46,228 bases of DNA from an uncultured Lachnospiraceae bacterium (lineage in GTDB: Bacteria > Bacillota > Clostridia > Lachnospirales > Lachnospiraceae): the NCBI GenBank assembly GCA_902796415.1, contig CADBOX010000011.1, positions 1 through 46,228 on the forward strand. The letters run 5' to 3'. The translations under genes and the position numbers were made by a program. Shown in pieces: positions 17,969 through 28,546 of this stretch. The notes under the pieces were generated by a model, which saw only the letters and a program-made list of their open reading frames with translations, made no database searches and was not told where the DNA came from. Every line of letters begins with the position of its first letter. The stretch's first letter is position 1.

Positions 17969-19381
17969 ATGAACTACAATCAAGTAACACCGGAAATTAT
18001 TGATCAGATTAAGGCAGCTGCCCAGTTCGTTTATACCGGAGCTGATATCAACCCGGATTATGCAAAGGACGAGATGCCTATCTATGGAACCCGCATGCCT
18101 GACGTTGCTGTACAGGCAACATCCACAGAAGAAGTGGCTGCAGTTATGAAGATCTGTTATGACAACAATATCCCTGTAACTCCTCGTGGAGCAGGTACCG
18201 GTCTTGCAGGTGGAGCAGTTCCGCTGTGTGGCGGTGTCCTGATTGACACTATGAAGATGAACAAGATCATCGGTTATGACATGGAGAACTTTGTTGTAAA
18301 TATCCAGGCCGGCGTGATCTTAAATGACCTGGCAGAAGATTGTCTTTCCAGAGGAATGATGTATCCTCCGGATCCGGGCGAAAAATTCGCTTGTGTCGGT
18401 GGAAACGTAGCTACCAACGCCGGTGGTATGAGAGCTGTAAAATATGGCGCTACCCGTGATTACGTAAGAGCTATGACTGTTGTTCTTCCGACCGGTGAGA
18501 TCACACATCTGGGAGCAACGGTATCCAAGACATCCTCCGGATATTCCTTACTGAACCTTATGATTGGTTCCGAAGGTACCCTTGGTATCATTACAGAGCT
18601 TACTTTAAAAATTATACCTGCACCGAAAGCTGCAGCTTCCATGATTATTCCATTTGAGGATCTTAAGAGTGCTTTGAAACTTGTACCGATGATCAAGACG
18701 AATTTCAATCCGCAGGCTTGCGAGTTTATGGAGAGAGAGATCGTGCTTGCATCCGAACGTTTTATCGGAAAAGCTACCTTCCCGAAGACAGTGGATGGAG
18801 TGGAAATCGGCGCTTATCTTTTAGTTACTATCGATGGTAATTCCATGGACGAAGTTTATGAAGTTGTAGAAAAAGCTGCTGAGATGGTACTGGAAGGCGG
18901 AGCTGTTGACGTACTGATCGCAGATACACCGGATAAGATGAGAGATGCATGGGCAGCACGTTCTTCTTTCCTGGAAGCTATTTTGGAAGAAACCAAACTT
19001 CTTGATGAATGTGACGTTGTTGTTCCTGTGGACAAGATTGCTGATTACCTTGAGTTTGTAAATAAAACAGGAGAAGAATGTGATCTGATCATCAAATCCT
19101 TCGGACATGCCGGAGACGGTAACCTTCATATCTACCAGTGCTCCAACGACCTGGAAGAAGAAGAGTTCAAGAAGAGAGTTGACAAATTCTTTGAGATTAT
19201 CTACAAAGAAGCTACAGATTGTGGCGGACTTGTATCCGGTGAGCACGGAATCGGTTCCGGCAAGGTGAAATATCTCCTGGAATCCGTGGGCGATACCAAC
19301 ATGAAGATCATGGAAGGAATCAAACGTGTATTTGATCCTAAGATGATCCTCAACCCCGGAAAGGTTTGCTATTTCCTGTAA
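17969..19381 (+). CDS. FAD-binding oxidoreductase, GlcD/LctD-like D-lactate dehydrogenase
   Basis: PRGAGTGLAGG, PPDPG, GGNVATNAGG, GSEGTLG, HAGDGNLH and SGEHGIG motifs; adjacent to a lactate permease. Confidence 0.88.
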   Translation: MNYNQVTPEIIDQIKAAAQFVYTGADINPDYAKDEMPIYGTRMPDVAVQATSTEEVAAVMKICYDNNIPVTPRGAGTGLAGGAVPLCGGVLIDTMKMNKIIGYDMENFVVNIQAGVILNDLAEDCLSRGMMYPPDPGEKFACVGGNVATNAGGMRAVKYGATRDYVRAMTVVLPTGEITHLGATVSKTSSGYSLLNLMIGSEGTLGIITELTLKIIPAPKAAASMIIPFEDLKSALKLVPMIKTNFNPQACEFMEREIVLASERFIGKATFPKTVDGVEIGAYLLVTIDGNSMDEVYEVVEKAAEMVLEGGAVDVLIADTPDKMRDAWAARSSFLEAILEETKLLDECDVVVPVDKIADYLEFVNKTGEECDLIIKSFGHAGDGNLHIYQCSNDLEEEEFKKRVDKFFEIIYKEATDCGGLVSGEHGIGSGKVKYLLESVGDTNMKIMEGIKRVFDPKMILNPGKVCYFL

Positions 19382-19432
19382 TCGGATTTGATGTTATCTA
19401 AAAAGATTTTCCGTATAATACCTTAAAAATAA

Positions 19433-19469
19433 AAAAGGAGGGGCTGCCATCTGGTAGCTCTTTCCTTTT
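19433..19469 (+). terminator. Intrinsic terminator
   Basis: AAAAGGAGGGGCTGCCA...TGGTAGCTCTTTCCTTTT stem with T tract. Confidence 0.7.
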
Positions 19470-19518
19470 ATATAGCATTATGATATAATATATATATCAA
19501 GAAATAAACCTGATCTGC

Positions 19519-20259
19519 ATGATAAGAAATGGATGGTGCCAGATGAATCAGTTATCTGAAAACATGGATAAGGAAATACACGGGAACATGAAAACATATG
19601 AATATGTCTTCCAATACTTTTCGGATCAGATTCTCTCCGGAGAGATGAAGATTGGTGACAAGATCCCGCCGGAGCGCGAGATTGCAGAAAAACTGGGAGT
19701 GAGCAGAAATTCCATACGGGAAGTCATGCATATGTTTGAAATCAACGGACTGATTGAATGTGTTCAAGGCAGTGGGAATTATGTGCGATGTGACCCACAG
19801 GAATACATTACTTTATTTGCCCATATGATTATAACTTTGATGGATATCGGATATGAAGAGATTCTATATATCCGTATCGGGTTTGAGCTGGTGGCATTGC
19901 GCCAGGCGATTACTAATGTTGAGGAAGAGGAACTGGAGAAGATCCATGAAGCCCTCCTGAATATGGAGAAAGCCGAAACCAGAGAGGAAAGTGTCTTCTG
20001 GGATCAGGAGTTTCACAAAAGACTGATAGAAGCTTCCCATAACCGTATGTTGATTTTATATTCCTCCATGATACGGGAGATAACCAATCGATTCATCTCG
20101 GATCTGCGTGTGAAGATCCTCTCTACCCAGGAAAAGTCTGATGAACTGGGCAGGTCCCATTGGGGGATATATGACGCTTTGACCAACAAGGATTACATAG
20201 CAGGAAGTGTGGCCATGAATCGCCATTTTGAGATTGTAGGGAATGAATTATTCTCCTGA
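19519..20259 (+). CDS. FadR/GntR family transcriptional regulator
   Basis: GDKIPPEREIAEKLGVSRNSIRE winged HTH plus FCD domain (DQEFH, SHN). Start codon uncertain (19519, 19543 or later). Confidence 0.9.
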   Translation: MIRNGWCQMNQLSENMDKEIHGNMKTYEYVFQYFSDQILSGEMKIGDKIPPEREIAEKLGVSRNSIREVMHMFEINGLIECVQGSGNYVRCDPQEYITLFAHMIITLMDIGYEEILYIRIGFELVALRQAITNVEEEELEKIHEALLNMEKAETREESVFWDQEFHKRLIEASHNRMLILYSSMIREITNRFISDLRVKILSTQEKSDELGRSHWGIYDALTNKDYIAGSVAMNRHFEIVGNELFS

Positions 20260-20388
20260 ATCATCGCCCCGGCTTCAGAAATAAATCACAATATTCATAG
20301 TTACAAAAAATGTCTGAAAATTTAAAAATCAAGTAGTACTTTTTGAGAATCTCATTTTTGTAAAAAGTGACGAAATTATTTGGAAAAT

Positions 20389-20525
20389 TAGGGATAAAAC
20401 CCAGTTTTTACTCCCGAAAGTGGAAAAGCCCCTGATCTGTCCACATGAGAAAAGAGAAAAAAAGTGCAGAAAATGCGATTATCCACAAAGTTATCCACTT
20501 TGTCCACAAAAGAGTTAGTGGATGA
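20389..20525. promoter_or_regulatory. DnaA-box cluster
   Basis: TTATCCACA 20479 (perfect), TTATCCACT 20491 and TTGTCCACA 20500 (one mismatch each); two-mismatch boxes at 20389, 20419, 20437 and 20517. Confidence 0.7.
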
Positions 20526-20651
20526 AAACCGGAAAACTGTGTCAACGCAAAACATTTGTTTTGTTTATATTTAATTAAATTGTAATATTTTCCAGAAGTG
20601 AATTGACAGATAATCTGTAAAACAATTGTGAATTTGGTTAGGAATTGTGAG

Positions 20652-20680
20652 TTGATTTGAATACTGATTCTTGTTATACT
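20652..20680 (+). promoter_or_regulatory. Sigma-A promoter of hpf
   Basis: TTGATT-N17-TATACT with extended -10 TG. Confidence 0.65.
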
Positions 20681-20753
20681 GACATTGGAGGATCTGATTG
20701 ATTTGCCTGGGGGGCAGAGGTCTTCCAAATGTGTAAAAGAAGGAGTGTTGTAT

Positions 20754-21281
20754 ATGCGTTATTCAATTTATGGGAAGAATCTCGAAGTGACAGATGGTTT
20801 AAAGGAAGCCATCAATTCTAAGTTTTCAAAGTTAGATAAGTTTTTTACGAAAGATACAGAGGTCCAGATCACCTTATCTCTTCAGAGAGAAGAGCAGAAG
20901 GTGGAGGCCATGATTCCCATGAAGGGCAATATTCTTCGTGCGGAGCAGGCCAGCAAGGATATGTATGTATCCATCGAAAAGGTTGTTGAGATCTTAGAGA
21001 GAATGATCCGCAAATACAAAACAAAGATTTCCCACACCGGCAAGGGTGGCGGACAGTTTTCCGAGAGTTTTATGGATGAAGATGTGGAAGCTCCGGAGAG
21101 CATCGTTATCTCCAGAAGCAAACGTTTTGCCATCAAACCTATGGATGTGGAAGAAGCATGTATCCAGATGGAATTGCTGGGCCATGGTTTCTTTGTATTC
21201 CGCAATTCCGAGACCTTTGAGGTAAATGTAGTTTACAAACGAAAAGACGGAACCTACGGACTCATCGAGCCTGAGTTTTAA
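20754..21281 (+). CDS. hpf: Ribosome hibernation promoting factor (long HPF/RaiA)
   Basis: GKNLEVT, DMYVSI, KPMDVEEA..QMELLGH.FFVF and VVYKRKDG motifs; SD AAGGAG before ATG 20754. Confidence 0.95.
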   Translation: MRYSIYGKNLEVTDGLKEAINSKFSKLDKFFTKDTEVQITLSLQREEQKVEAMIPMKGNILRAEQASKDMYVSIEKVVEILERMIRKYKTKISHTGKGGGQFSESFMDEDVEAPESIVISRSKRFAIKPMDVEEACIQMELLGHGFFVFRNSETFEVNVVYKRKDGTYGLIEPEF

Positions 21282-21304
21282 TTCATAGATACAACTGATA
21301 TACC

Positions 21305-21332
21305 AAGGCACCATTTTTATGGTGCCTTTTTT
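21305..21332 (+). terminator. Intrinsic terminator
   Basis: AAGGCACCAT-TTTT-ATGGTGCCTT followed by a T tract. Confidence 0.85.
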
Positions 21333-21345
21333 CTATGCCAATACC

Positions 21346-21374
21346 TTGCATTGGCAAATGATTGATGTTACAAT
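21346..21374 (+). promoter_or_regulatory. Sigma-A promoter of secA
   Basis: TTGCAT-N17-TACAAT with extended -10 TG. Confidence 0.65.
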
Positions 21375-21481
21375 GTACTTTGTATGCGTATGTCTATATA
21401 GGGGAAGTCTGCCCTTTTTTAGATAATTTCGAATTCTCCGGAGGCAATCCGGAGAGAGTCATCATAATAGGAGGTTGATCT

Positions 21482-24115
21482 ATGGGATTCATGGATAAGC
21501 TTTTTGGTAATAAAAGCGAAAAAGAAATAAAGAGAATACAGAAGAGCGTGGATGCGATCCTTGCTCTGGATGAGCAGATGCAGGCTTTGACTGATGAGGA
21601 ACTTCGGGGAAAAACCGTAGAGTTTAAAGAGCGTCTGGCTGCCGGGGAGACTTTGGATGACCTGCTGGTAGATGCTTTTGCTGCAGTGCGAGAGGCTGCA
21701 GACCGGGCCATCGGCCTGAAACACTATCCGGTGCAGCTCATGGGTGGAATTATTTTACATCAGGGGCGTATCGCTGAGATGAAAACAGGTGAAGGTAAAA
21801 CCCTCGTGGCAACTTTGCCGGCATATCTGAATGCTCTGGAAGGTAAAGGAGTACACATTGTAACGGTCAATGATTACCTGGCAAAGCGTGACGCTGAGTG
21901 GATGGGTAAAGTCCATGAATTCCTGGGACTGAAAGTAGGCGTGATCCTGAACAGCTACGATTCAGCAGAACGTCAGCAGGCTTATAACTGTGATATTACC
22001 TACATCACAAACAACGAACTGGGATTTGATTACCTTCGTGATAACATGGTTATCTTCAAGAAGGATCTGGTGCAGAGAGACCTTCATTATGCCATCGTGG
22101 ATGAGGTGGACTCTGTTCTGATCGATGAGGCCAGAACTCCTCTGATCATCTCCGGACAGAGCGGAAAATCCACAGACCTGTATCGTGCCTGCGATGTTCT
22201 GGCTCGTCAGATGCAGAAAGGTACCTCCGACGGGGAACTGTCCAAGATGGATGCCATCATGGGAATTGACATCGAAGAAGACGGGGATTTCCTGGTAAAT
22301 GAGAAGGAAAAACACGTGATGCTGACTTCTGAAGGTGTGAAGAAGGTAGAACAGTTCTTCCACATCAACAATCTGGCAGATCCCGAGCATCTGGAGATCC
22401 AGCATAACATTATTCTTGCGCTGCGCGCCCATAATCTTATGTTCCGTGATCAGGATTACGTGGTGAAGGATGATGAAGTTCTTATCGTCGATGAATTTAC
22501 CGGTCGTATCATGCCGGGAAGAAGATATTCGGACGGACTTCATCAGGCTATCGAGGCCAAGGAAGGCGTGAAGGTGAAACGTGAGTCCAGGACGTTGGCC
22601 ACCATCACTTTCCAGAACTTCTTTAATAAATATAAGAAGAAAGCCGGTATGACCGGTACCGCCATGACGGAAGACAAGGAATTCATGGACATCTACGGGA
22701 TGGATGTTGTTGAGATTCCTACCAATATGCCTATGATCCGTGTGGATAAGGATGACTCTATCTACATGACGAAACAGGCAAAACTGAAGGCAGTAATCAA
22801 TGACATCATCGAAGCTCATGAAAGAAAACAGCCTGTTCTGGTAGGTACCATCAATATCGATGCCTCCGAGGAGATCAGCCGTCTTCTCACCAAGAAGGGA
22901 ATCCGTCATAATGTATTAAATGCCAAGTTTCATGAGATGGAGGCGGAAATCATCTCCCACGCAGGGGAGAAGGGCGCGGTTACCATCGCTACCAACATGG
23001 CCGGTCGTGGTACCGATATCAAGCTGGAAGATGGTGTGGCTGAGTTAGGAGGTCTTAAGATCATCGGTACGGAGCGTCATGAGAGCCGTCGTATCGATAA
23101 TCAGCTGCGTGGTCGTTCCGGACGACAGGGCGATCCCGGCGAATCCAAATTCTACCTGTCCCTGGAGGATGACCTCATGCGCCTGTTCGGATCGGAGCGT
23201 ATGATGAGCATCTACAAAAACCTGGGGATTGAAGAAGATGAAGAGATCCATCATAAGACCATCACCAAGCAGATTGAGAAGGCTCAGAAGAAGATTGAGA
23301 ATAACAACTACGGTATTCGTAAGAACCTCCTGGATTATGACCAGGTTAACAATGATCAGCGTGAGGTGATCTATGCGGAAAGACGGCGTGTTCTTGACGG
23401 AGAGAGCATGCGTGACGTCATCTACCGTATGATCCGCGACGTGGTCAAGGACGAAGTGGATATGGTGGCAGGGGAACTCCCTGTAAGAGATTGGAACCTG
23501 GTGGAACTCAATGAGTCTTTACGCCATAAGATTCCTCTGAAACACATCCGTTTTACCGAGGAAGAGATAGAGAATGATGATTATCAGGGCATCCTGGAAA
23601 GACTTCAGGAAGAAGCCATGGATATCTATCATAAGAAAGAACAGGAATTCGACGCATTCAAACAGGGCATCTCTCCGGAGGAACTGGAGGAGATGGATCT
23701 GGAAGAAGAAGCAATCTACAACGATGGAATCCGTGAGGTGGAACGTGTCATCCTGCTGAAGGTGATCGACCGGAAGTGGATGAACCACATCGATGACATG
23801 GACCAGCTGAGACAGAGCATCGGTCTTCAGTCCTACGCCCAGAAGGACCCTGTGGTACAGTATAAATTCTTAGGATATGATATGTTCGAGGAGATGACCA
23901 GAAATATCAGTCATGATACGGTCACTGCCCTTATGCATGTGGAGATCCAGCATAACGTGGAGAGAGAACAGGTGGCAAAAGCCACAGGAACCAACAAGGA
24001 TGATTCTGTCGCCAAGGGACCATACCGCCGGAAACAGCCGAAAGTAGGACGTAATGATCCGTGTCCTTGCGGTAGCGGCAAGAAATACAAACAGTGCTGC
24101 GGTCGTTTCGAATAA
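21482..24115 (+). CDS. secA: Preprotein translocase subunit SecA
   Basis: [34 protein letters not shown] and SEC-C motif [19 protein letters not shown]. Confidence 0.99.
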   Translation: MGFMDKLFGNKSEKEIKRIQKSVDAILALDEQMQALTDEELRGKTVEFKERLAAGETLDDLLVDAFAAVREAADRAIGLKHYPVQLMGGIILHQGRIAEMKTGEGKTLVATLPAYLNALEGKGVHIVTVNDYLAKRDAEWMGKVHEFLGLKVGVILNSYDSAERQQAYNCDITYITNNELGFDYLRDNMVIFKKDLVQRDLHYAIVDEVDSVLIDEARTPLIISGQSGKSTDLYRACDVLARQMQKGTSDGELSKMDAIMGIDIEEDGDFLVNEKEKHVMLTSEGVKKVEQFFHINNLADPEHLEIQHNIILALRAHNLMFRDQDYVVKDDEVLIVDEFTGRIMPGRRYSDGLHQAIEAKEGVKVKRESRTLATITFQNFFNKYKKKAGMTGTAMTEDKEFMDIYGMDVVEIPTNMPMIRVDKDDSIYMTKQAKLKAVINDIIEAHERKQPVLVGTINIDASEEISRLLTKKGIRHNVLNAKFHEMEAEIISHAGEKGAVTIATNMAGRGTDIKLEDGVAELGGLKIIGTERHESRRIDNQLRGRSGRQGDPGESKFYLSLEDDLMRLFGSERMMSIYKNLGIEEDEEIHHKTITKQIEKAQKKIENNNYGIRKNLLDYDQVNNDQREVIYAERRRVLDGESMRDVIYRMIRDVVKDEVDMVAGELPVRDWNLVELNESLRHKIPLKHIRFTEEEIENDDYQGILERLQEEAMDIYHKKEQEFDAFKQGISPEELEEMDLEEEAIYNDGIREVERVILLKVIDRKWMNHIDDMDQLRQSIGLQSYAQKDPVVQYKFLGYDMFEEMTRNISHDTVTALMHVEIQHNVEREQVAKATGTNKDDSVAKGPYRRKQPKVGRNDPCPCGSGKKYKQCCGRFE

Positions 24116-24130
24116 AAGGAGGAGCATAGA

Positions 24131-25258
24131 TTGATTGAATTAGATCAATATAAACTCACATTAAATCAGTATAAAGATCCCCTGGCTGATCTGAAGAAAG
24201 CTTTGGAACTGGACCGGAAGCAGAATCTGGCAGCGGAGCTGGAGAAACAGATGGAGAGCCCGGACTTCTGGCAGGATCCTGAAAATGCCCAGAAGATATC
24301 CAAGGAAGTGAATTCTCTGAAGGAGAGTATCAAATCCTATCACAAGCTGGAGACAGCCATGGATGACATCGATGTCATGATAGAGATGGCCCAGGAGGAA
24401 GAGGATGAGGATATGATTCCTGAGATCGGAGGTATGCTGGATCAGTTTATCGAGGATTATGAAAACATGAGAATCCAGACATTACTCTCCGGGGATTACG
24501 ATAAGGATAACGCTATCGTCACTTTACATGCCGGTGCCGGGGGAACCGAATCCTGTGACTGGTGCAGTATGCTCTACCGCATGTATACCAGATGGGCTGA
24601 CCGCCATCAGTTCCAGTATGAAGTACTGGACTTTCTGGATGGGGATGAAGCCGGCATCAAATCCATCACGTTTGAGGTGAAGGGTGAGAATGCCTACGGC
24701 TACCTGAAGTCCGAGAGGGGGGTTCACCGTCTGGTGCGCATCTCTCCATTTAACGCTGCCGGTAAGAGGCAGACCTCTTTCGTGTCCTGTGATGTGATGC
24801 CGGACATTGAGGAGGACTTGAACATTGAGATTGACGAGAAGGACATCCGCATCGATACCTATCGTTCCAGCGGCGCAGGCGGACAGCATATCAACAAGAC
24901 CAGTTCCGCCATCCGTATCACCCACTATCCCACAGGGATCGTGGTTCAGTGCCAGAACGAGAGATCACAGCATATGAACAAAGATAAAGCGATGCAGATG
25001 TTAAAAGCAAAACTCTATCTGCTGAAGGAGCAGGAGAACAGGGAGAAACTCTCCGGCATCCGCGGGGAAGTCTCTGATAACGGCTGGGGAAGCCAGATCC
25101 GCTCCTATGTGATGCAGCCTTATACCATGGTAAAAGACCACCGCACTTCCCAGGAAGTCGGAAATGTGCAGAGCGTGATGGACGGAAATCTGGACCCATT
25201 CATCAATGCCTATCTCCGCTGGATCAATCTGTCCGAAAATGCCGGGGAGAATCAGTAA
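24131..25258 (+). CDS. prfB: Peptide chain release factor 2 (single uninterrupted frame)
   Basis: SPF and GGQ motifs; TTG start with SD AAGGAGGAG. Confidence 0.97.
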   Translation: MIELDQYKLTLNQYKDPLADLKKALELDRKQNLAAELEKQMESPDFWQDPENAQKISKEVNSLKESIKSYHKLETAMDDIDVMIEMAQEEEDEDMIPEIGGMLDQFIEDYENMRIQTLLSGDYDKDNAIVTLHAGAGGTESCDWCSMLYRMYTRWADRHQFQYEVLDFLDGDEAGIKSITFEVKGENAYGYLKSERGVHRLVRISPFNAAGKRQTSFVSCDVMPDIEEDLNIEIDEKDIRIDTYRSSGAGGQHINKTSSAIRITHYPTGIVVQCQNERSQHMNKDKAMQMLKAKLYLLKEQENREKLSGIRGEVSDNGWGSQIRSYVMQPYTMVKDHRTSQEVGNVQSVMDGNLDPFINAYLRWINLSENAGENQ

Positions 25259-25306
25259 ATTATAGAACCAATTACAGAAGCATCGATGGAAGGAGTTTTG
25301 TTAAGA

Positions 25307-27448
25307 ATGAATATCGTCACACAATTGGCGGAGGAATTAAAGATCCGTCCACAGCAGGTGGAGGCGGCAGTCACCCTTATCGATGAGGGGAACACGATTC
25401 CTTTTATCGCCAGATATCGTAAAGAAGCAACCGGAGCACTCAATGATGAAGTGCTCCGTAATTTACAGGAAAGACTGGTCTATCTTCGCAATCTTGAAGA
25501 GAAAAAACAGCAGGTTATGCGAAGTATCGAGGAGCAGGGTAAACTGACGGAGGAACTTAAGAAAAAGATTGAGATGGCCACCACCCTGGTGGCAGTGGAT
25601 GATCTTTACCTGCCTTACCGCCCCAAGAAGAGAACCCGTGCCACCATGGCAAAAGAACGGGGTCTGGAGCCTCTTGCAGATATCCTTTCTCTCCAGGAAA
25701 CCACGCGCAGCATGGAGGAGGAAGCCCTTCCCTTCCTGGACGAGGAGAAGGGGGTATCTACGGTGGAAGATGCCATCGCGGGTGCTAAGGATATCCTGGC
25801 TGAGACCATAGCAGATAATGCGGAATTTCGGAAGAGTATCCGCAAGTGGTCCATGAAAGAAGGAAATCTTGTCGTCAAGGCAAAAGACGAGAAGGAAGAA
25901 TCCGTCTATGAGATGTACTATGATTTCCGGGAACCCCTGGAGAAGATCAGCGGGCATCGGGTCCTGGCAATCAATCGGGGGGAGAAGGAGAAGATTTTAA
26001 CCGTAAAGGTCGAGGCTCCGGAGAGACAGATCCTTCATGCCCTGAATAAAACCCTGATCCAGGGGGAGAATCCCAATACAGAACCTTATGTCCGGGAAGC
26101 CATCGCGGACAGTTATCAGAGACTGATCGCACCGGCCATCGAAAGAGACATCAGAAATGAGCTGACAGAACGAGCCCAGGAAGGGGCCATCACAGTGTTC
26201 GGAAAGAATCTGTCCCAGCTTCTGATGCAACCACCCATCAAAGGACAGACTGTCCTGGGATGGGATCCCGCTTTCCGTACCGGATGTAAACTGGCTGTGG
26301 TTGATGCCACGGGAAAAGTTCTGGACACTGTGGTGGTCTATCCCACGGAACCCCAGAAGAAGATCCGGGAGACGGAAAGGATCGTCCATGACATGATCCG
26401 GAGATATCACGTAACTCTGATCAGTCTGGGAAACGGGACGGCATCCAGAGAATCGGAACAGGTGATCACAGAGCTCCTGAAAAAGATTCCGGAGAAGGTA
26501 TCTTATGTGATCGTAAGTGAAGCAGGAGCCTCCGTCTATTCTGCCAGCAAACTGGCCACGGAGGAATTTCCGGAATTCGATGTAGGACAGAGAAGCGCTG
26601 CTTCCATCGCAAGACGTCTGCAGGATCCTCTTTCCGAATTAGTTAAAATTGAACCAAAAGCCATCGGGGTAGGCCAGTACCAGCATGATATGAATCAGAA
26701 GAAACTGGAGGAAGCTCTGCATGGCGTGGTGGAAGACTGTGTGAACAAGGTGGGAGTGGATCTGAATACTGCCTCGGTATCCCTTTTATCCTACATCGCT
26801 GGTGTTAATAAAACTATCGCTAAGAATATCGTGACTTACCGGGAAGAGCATGGTGCCTTCGAGGAGAGAAAGGAACTCCTCAAAGTTCCAAAGATTGGTC
26901 CCAAAGCCTTTCAACAGTGTGCAGGTTTCCTTCGGATACCGCAAGGAAAGAATCCTCTGGATAACACGGCAGTTCATCCGGAGTCCTATGATGCCGCCGG
27001 AAAGCTCATTGATTATATGGGTTACAAGGGGGAAGACCTCTCCCATGGCGGATTGAAGACTCTGGGGAAAAAGATAAAGAACCGTGAGGAGATGGCAGAA
27101 AGATTACAGATCGGTATCATGACGTTGAATGATATCATAGAGGAACTGGAAAAACCGGGGAGAGATCCCCGTAACGATATGCCGAAACCTATTCTACGAA
27201 CCGACGTGCTGGACATGGCAGATTTGAAAGAAGGGATGGTCCTTAAAGGAACGGTTCGAAATGTCATTGATTTCGGAGCCTTTGTGGATATCGGTGTACA
27301 CCAGGACGGGCTGGTGCACATTTCTCAGATGAGTGACAAATATATCAAACATCCTCTCGAGGTTGTCAGTGTCGGGGACATCGTAGAGGTGAAGGTAATG
27401 AGTGTGGATCTGAAGAAGAAGAGGATCCAGCTTACCATGAAGGGATAA
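25307..27448 (+). CDS. tex: Tex family RNA-binding transcriptional accessory protein
   Basis: PFIARYRKE, DPAFRTGCK, EAGASVYSAS motifs and C-terminal S1 domain; SD AAGGAG. Confidence 0.95.
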   Translation: MNIVTQLAEELKIRPQQVEAAVTLIDEGNTIPFIARYRKEATGALNDEVLRNLQERLVYLRNLEEKKQQVMRSIEEQGKLTEELKKKIEMATTLVAVDDLYLPYRPKKRTRATMAKERGLEPLADILSLQETTRSMEEEALPFLDEEKGVSTVEDAIAGAKDILAETIADNAEFRKSIRKWSMKEGNLVVKAKDEKEESVYEMYYDFREPLEKISGHRVLAINRGEKEKILTVKVEAPERQILHALNKTLIQGENPNTEPYVREAIADSYQRLIAPAIERDIRNELTERAQEGAITVFGKNLSQLLMQPPIKGQTVLGWDPAFRTGCKLAVVDATGKVLDTVVVYPTEPQKKIRETERIVHDMIRRYHVTLISLGNGTASRESEQVITELLKKIPEKVSYVIVSEAGASVYSASKLATEEFPEFDVGQRSAASIARRLQDPLSELVKIEPKAIGVGQYQHDMNQKKLEEALHGVVEDCVNKVGVDLNTASVSLLSYIAGVNKTIAKNIVTYREEHGAFEERKELLKVPKIGPKAFQQCAGFLRIPQGKNPLDNTAVHPESYDAAGKLIDYMGYKGEDLSHGGLKTLGKKIKNREEMAERLQIGIMTLNDIIEELEKPGRDPRNDMPKPILRTDVLDMADLKEGMVLKGTVRNVIDFGAFVDIGVHQDGLVHISQMSDKYIKHPLEVVSVGDIVEVKVMSVDLKKKRIQLTMKG

Positions 27449-27462
27449 AACAGGAGGGTAAG

Positions 27463-28110
27463 ATGGAAGGATTCGACAAAATCAAGAATATTAAACTGTC
27501 TGATCTGGATGAAGATAATACTTTGGAAGATCAGTTACAACCTGAAAAGAAAAAAGACAAAACTCCGGAGGAAGCAGATCTTTCCGGGAAGTCTGCAGAA
27601 GAAAACCAGGAAGAGAGAACACCGGTGGGCAGGCACTATGTGATCGACGCGGAGATTACGGAGCAGGAGCTGCGTAATTTCAGGCTCGCTCATGAGTATC
27701 GAAGACCAACCATTCTGCTGGTAAATGCAGTGGCAATCTTCTTTATAATATACTCCGCCCTTTCCGGAGTGAAGGGGATGAATCTGGGATTAACAATCGG
27801 GCTTGGTATCCTGATTATCCTGTACTACCCCTTTATCATAGCGACTAAAACAAAAGGAATTAAGAATAACAGCAAAGTGTTTCAGCAGGTATTCCATTAT
27901 ATGTTGGATGAAGAGGGACTTCATCTGAAGGTGGACAAAGAGTCCGTGGATGTTGAATGGAAATATGTCAGAAAACTGATGGTACTGAAATCATCCCTTG
28001 TGGTCTACACAGGTAAGGCTAACGCATGGATTATTCCTACCAAGGATATGGGCGATCAGAAGGATGAGATCACCGCCTTCCTGCAGGAAAAGATTCAGAC
28101 AGGAAAGTAA
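27463..28110 (+). CDS. YcxB family membrane protein
   Basis: Two TM helices followed by a soluble domain ending in W..V.K...AWIIP. Confidence 0.7.
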   Translation: MEGFDKIKNIKLSDLDEDNTLEDQLQPEKKKDKTPEEADLSGKSAEENQEERTPVGRHYVIDAEITEQELRNFRLAHEYRRPTILLVNAVAIFFIIYSALSGVKGMNLGLTIGLGILIILYYPFIIATKTKGIKNNSKVFQQVFHYMLDEEGLHLKVDKESVDVEWKYVRKLMVLKSSLVVYTGKANAWIIPTKDMGDQKDEITAFLQEKIQTGK

Positions 28111-28114
28111 TGGT

Positions 28115-28546
28115 ATGATTATAGAGAGTTATTCAGCAGAAGATACTTTTTTATGTGGATACCGGTACGGGCAGAAGGCAAGAGCCGGGGAAGTTTACTG
28201 CCTCTATGGTGACCTTGGTGTAGGGAAAACCGTTTTTACCCAGGGATTTGCCAAAGGGCTGGGTATCGAAGAACCGGTGAACAGCCCCACCTTCACCATC
28301 CTCCAGGTCTATGAGGATGGAAGGCTTCCCTTCTACCATTTTGACGTATATCGGATCAGTGATCCTGATGAGATGTATGAAGTGGGATTTGATGAGTATG
28401 TAGATGGAGAGGGCGTTACTTTTATCGAATGGGCCGATCTGATCGAGGAGATTCTTCCGGAAGGATGTACAGAGATCACCATCGAGAAAGATCTGTCCCG
28501 GGGATTTGATTATCGCCGTATCATCATCAAGGAGGAGGAAGCATGA
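28115..28546 (+). CDS. tsaE: tRNA threonylcarbamoyladenosine biosynthesis ATPase TsaE
   Basis: GDLGVGKT, SPTF, HFDVYR and IEWAD motifs. Likely start ATG 28115. Confidence 0.95.
   Translation: MIIESYSAEDTFLCGYRYGQKARAGEVYCLYGDLGVGKTVFTQGFAKGLGIEEPVNSPTFTILQVYEDGRLPFYHFDVYRISDPDEMYEVGFDEYVDGEGVTFIEWADLIEEILPEGCTEITIEKDLSRGFDYRRIIIKEEEA

Noticed and set aside
20260-20753. raiA-motif ncRNA upstream of hpf/raiA
   Set aside because: The region is AT-rich and lacks the GC-rich multi-stem sequence expected; only a short leader hairpin is visible.
21962-22909. Long antisense ORFs opposite secA, and similarly opposite htpG, clpX, fbp and tex
   Set aside because: Shadow frames produced by the codon bias of conserved genes; no recognisable motifs.
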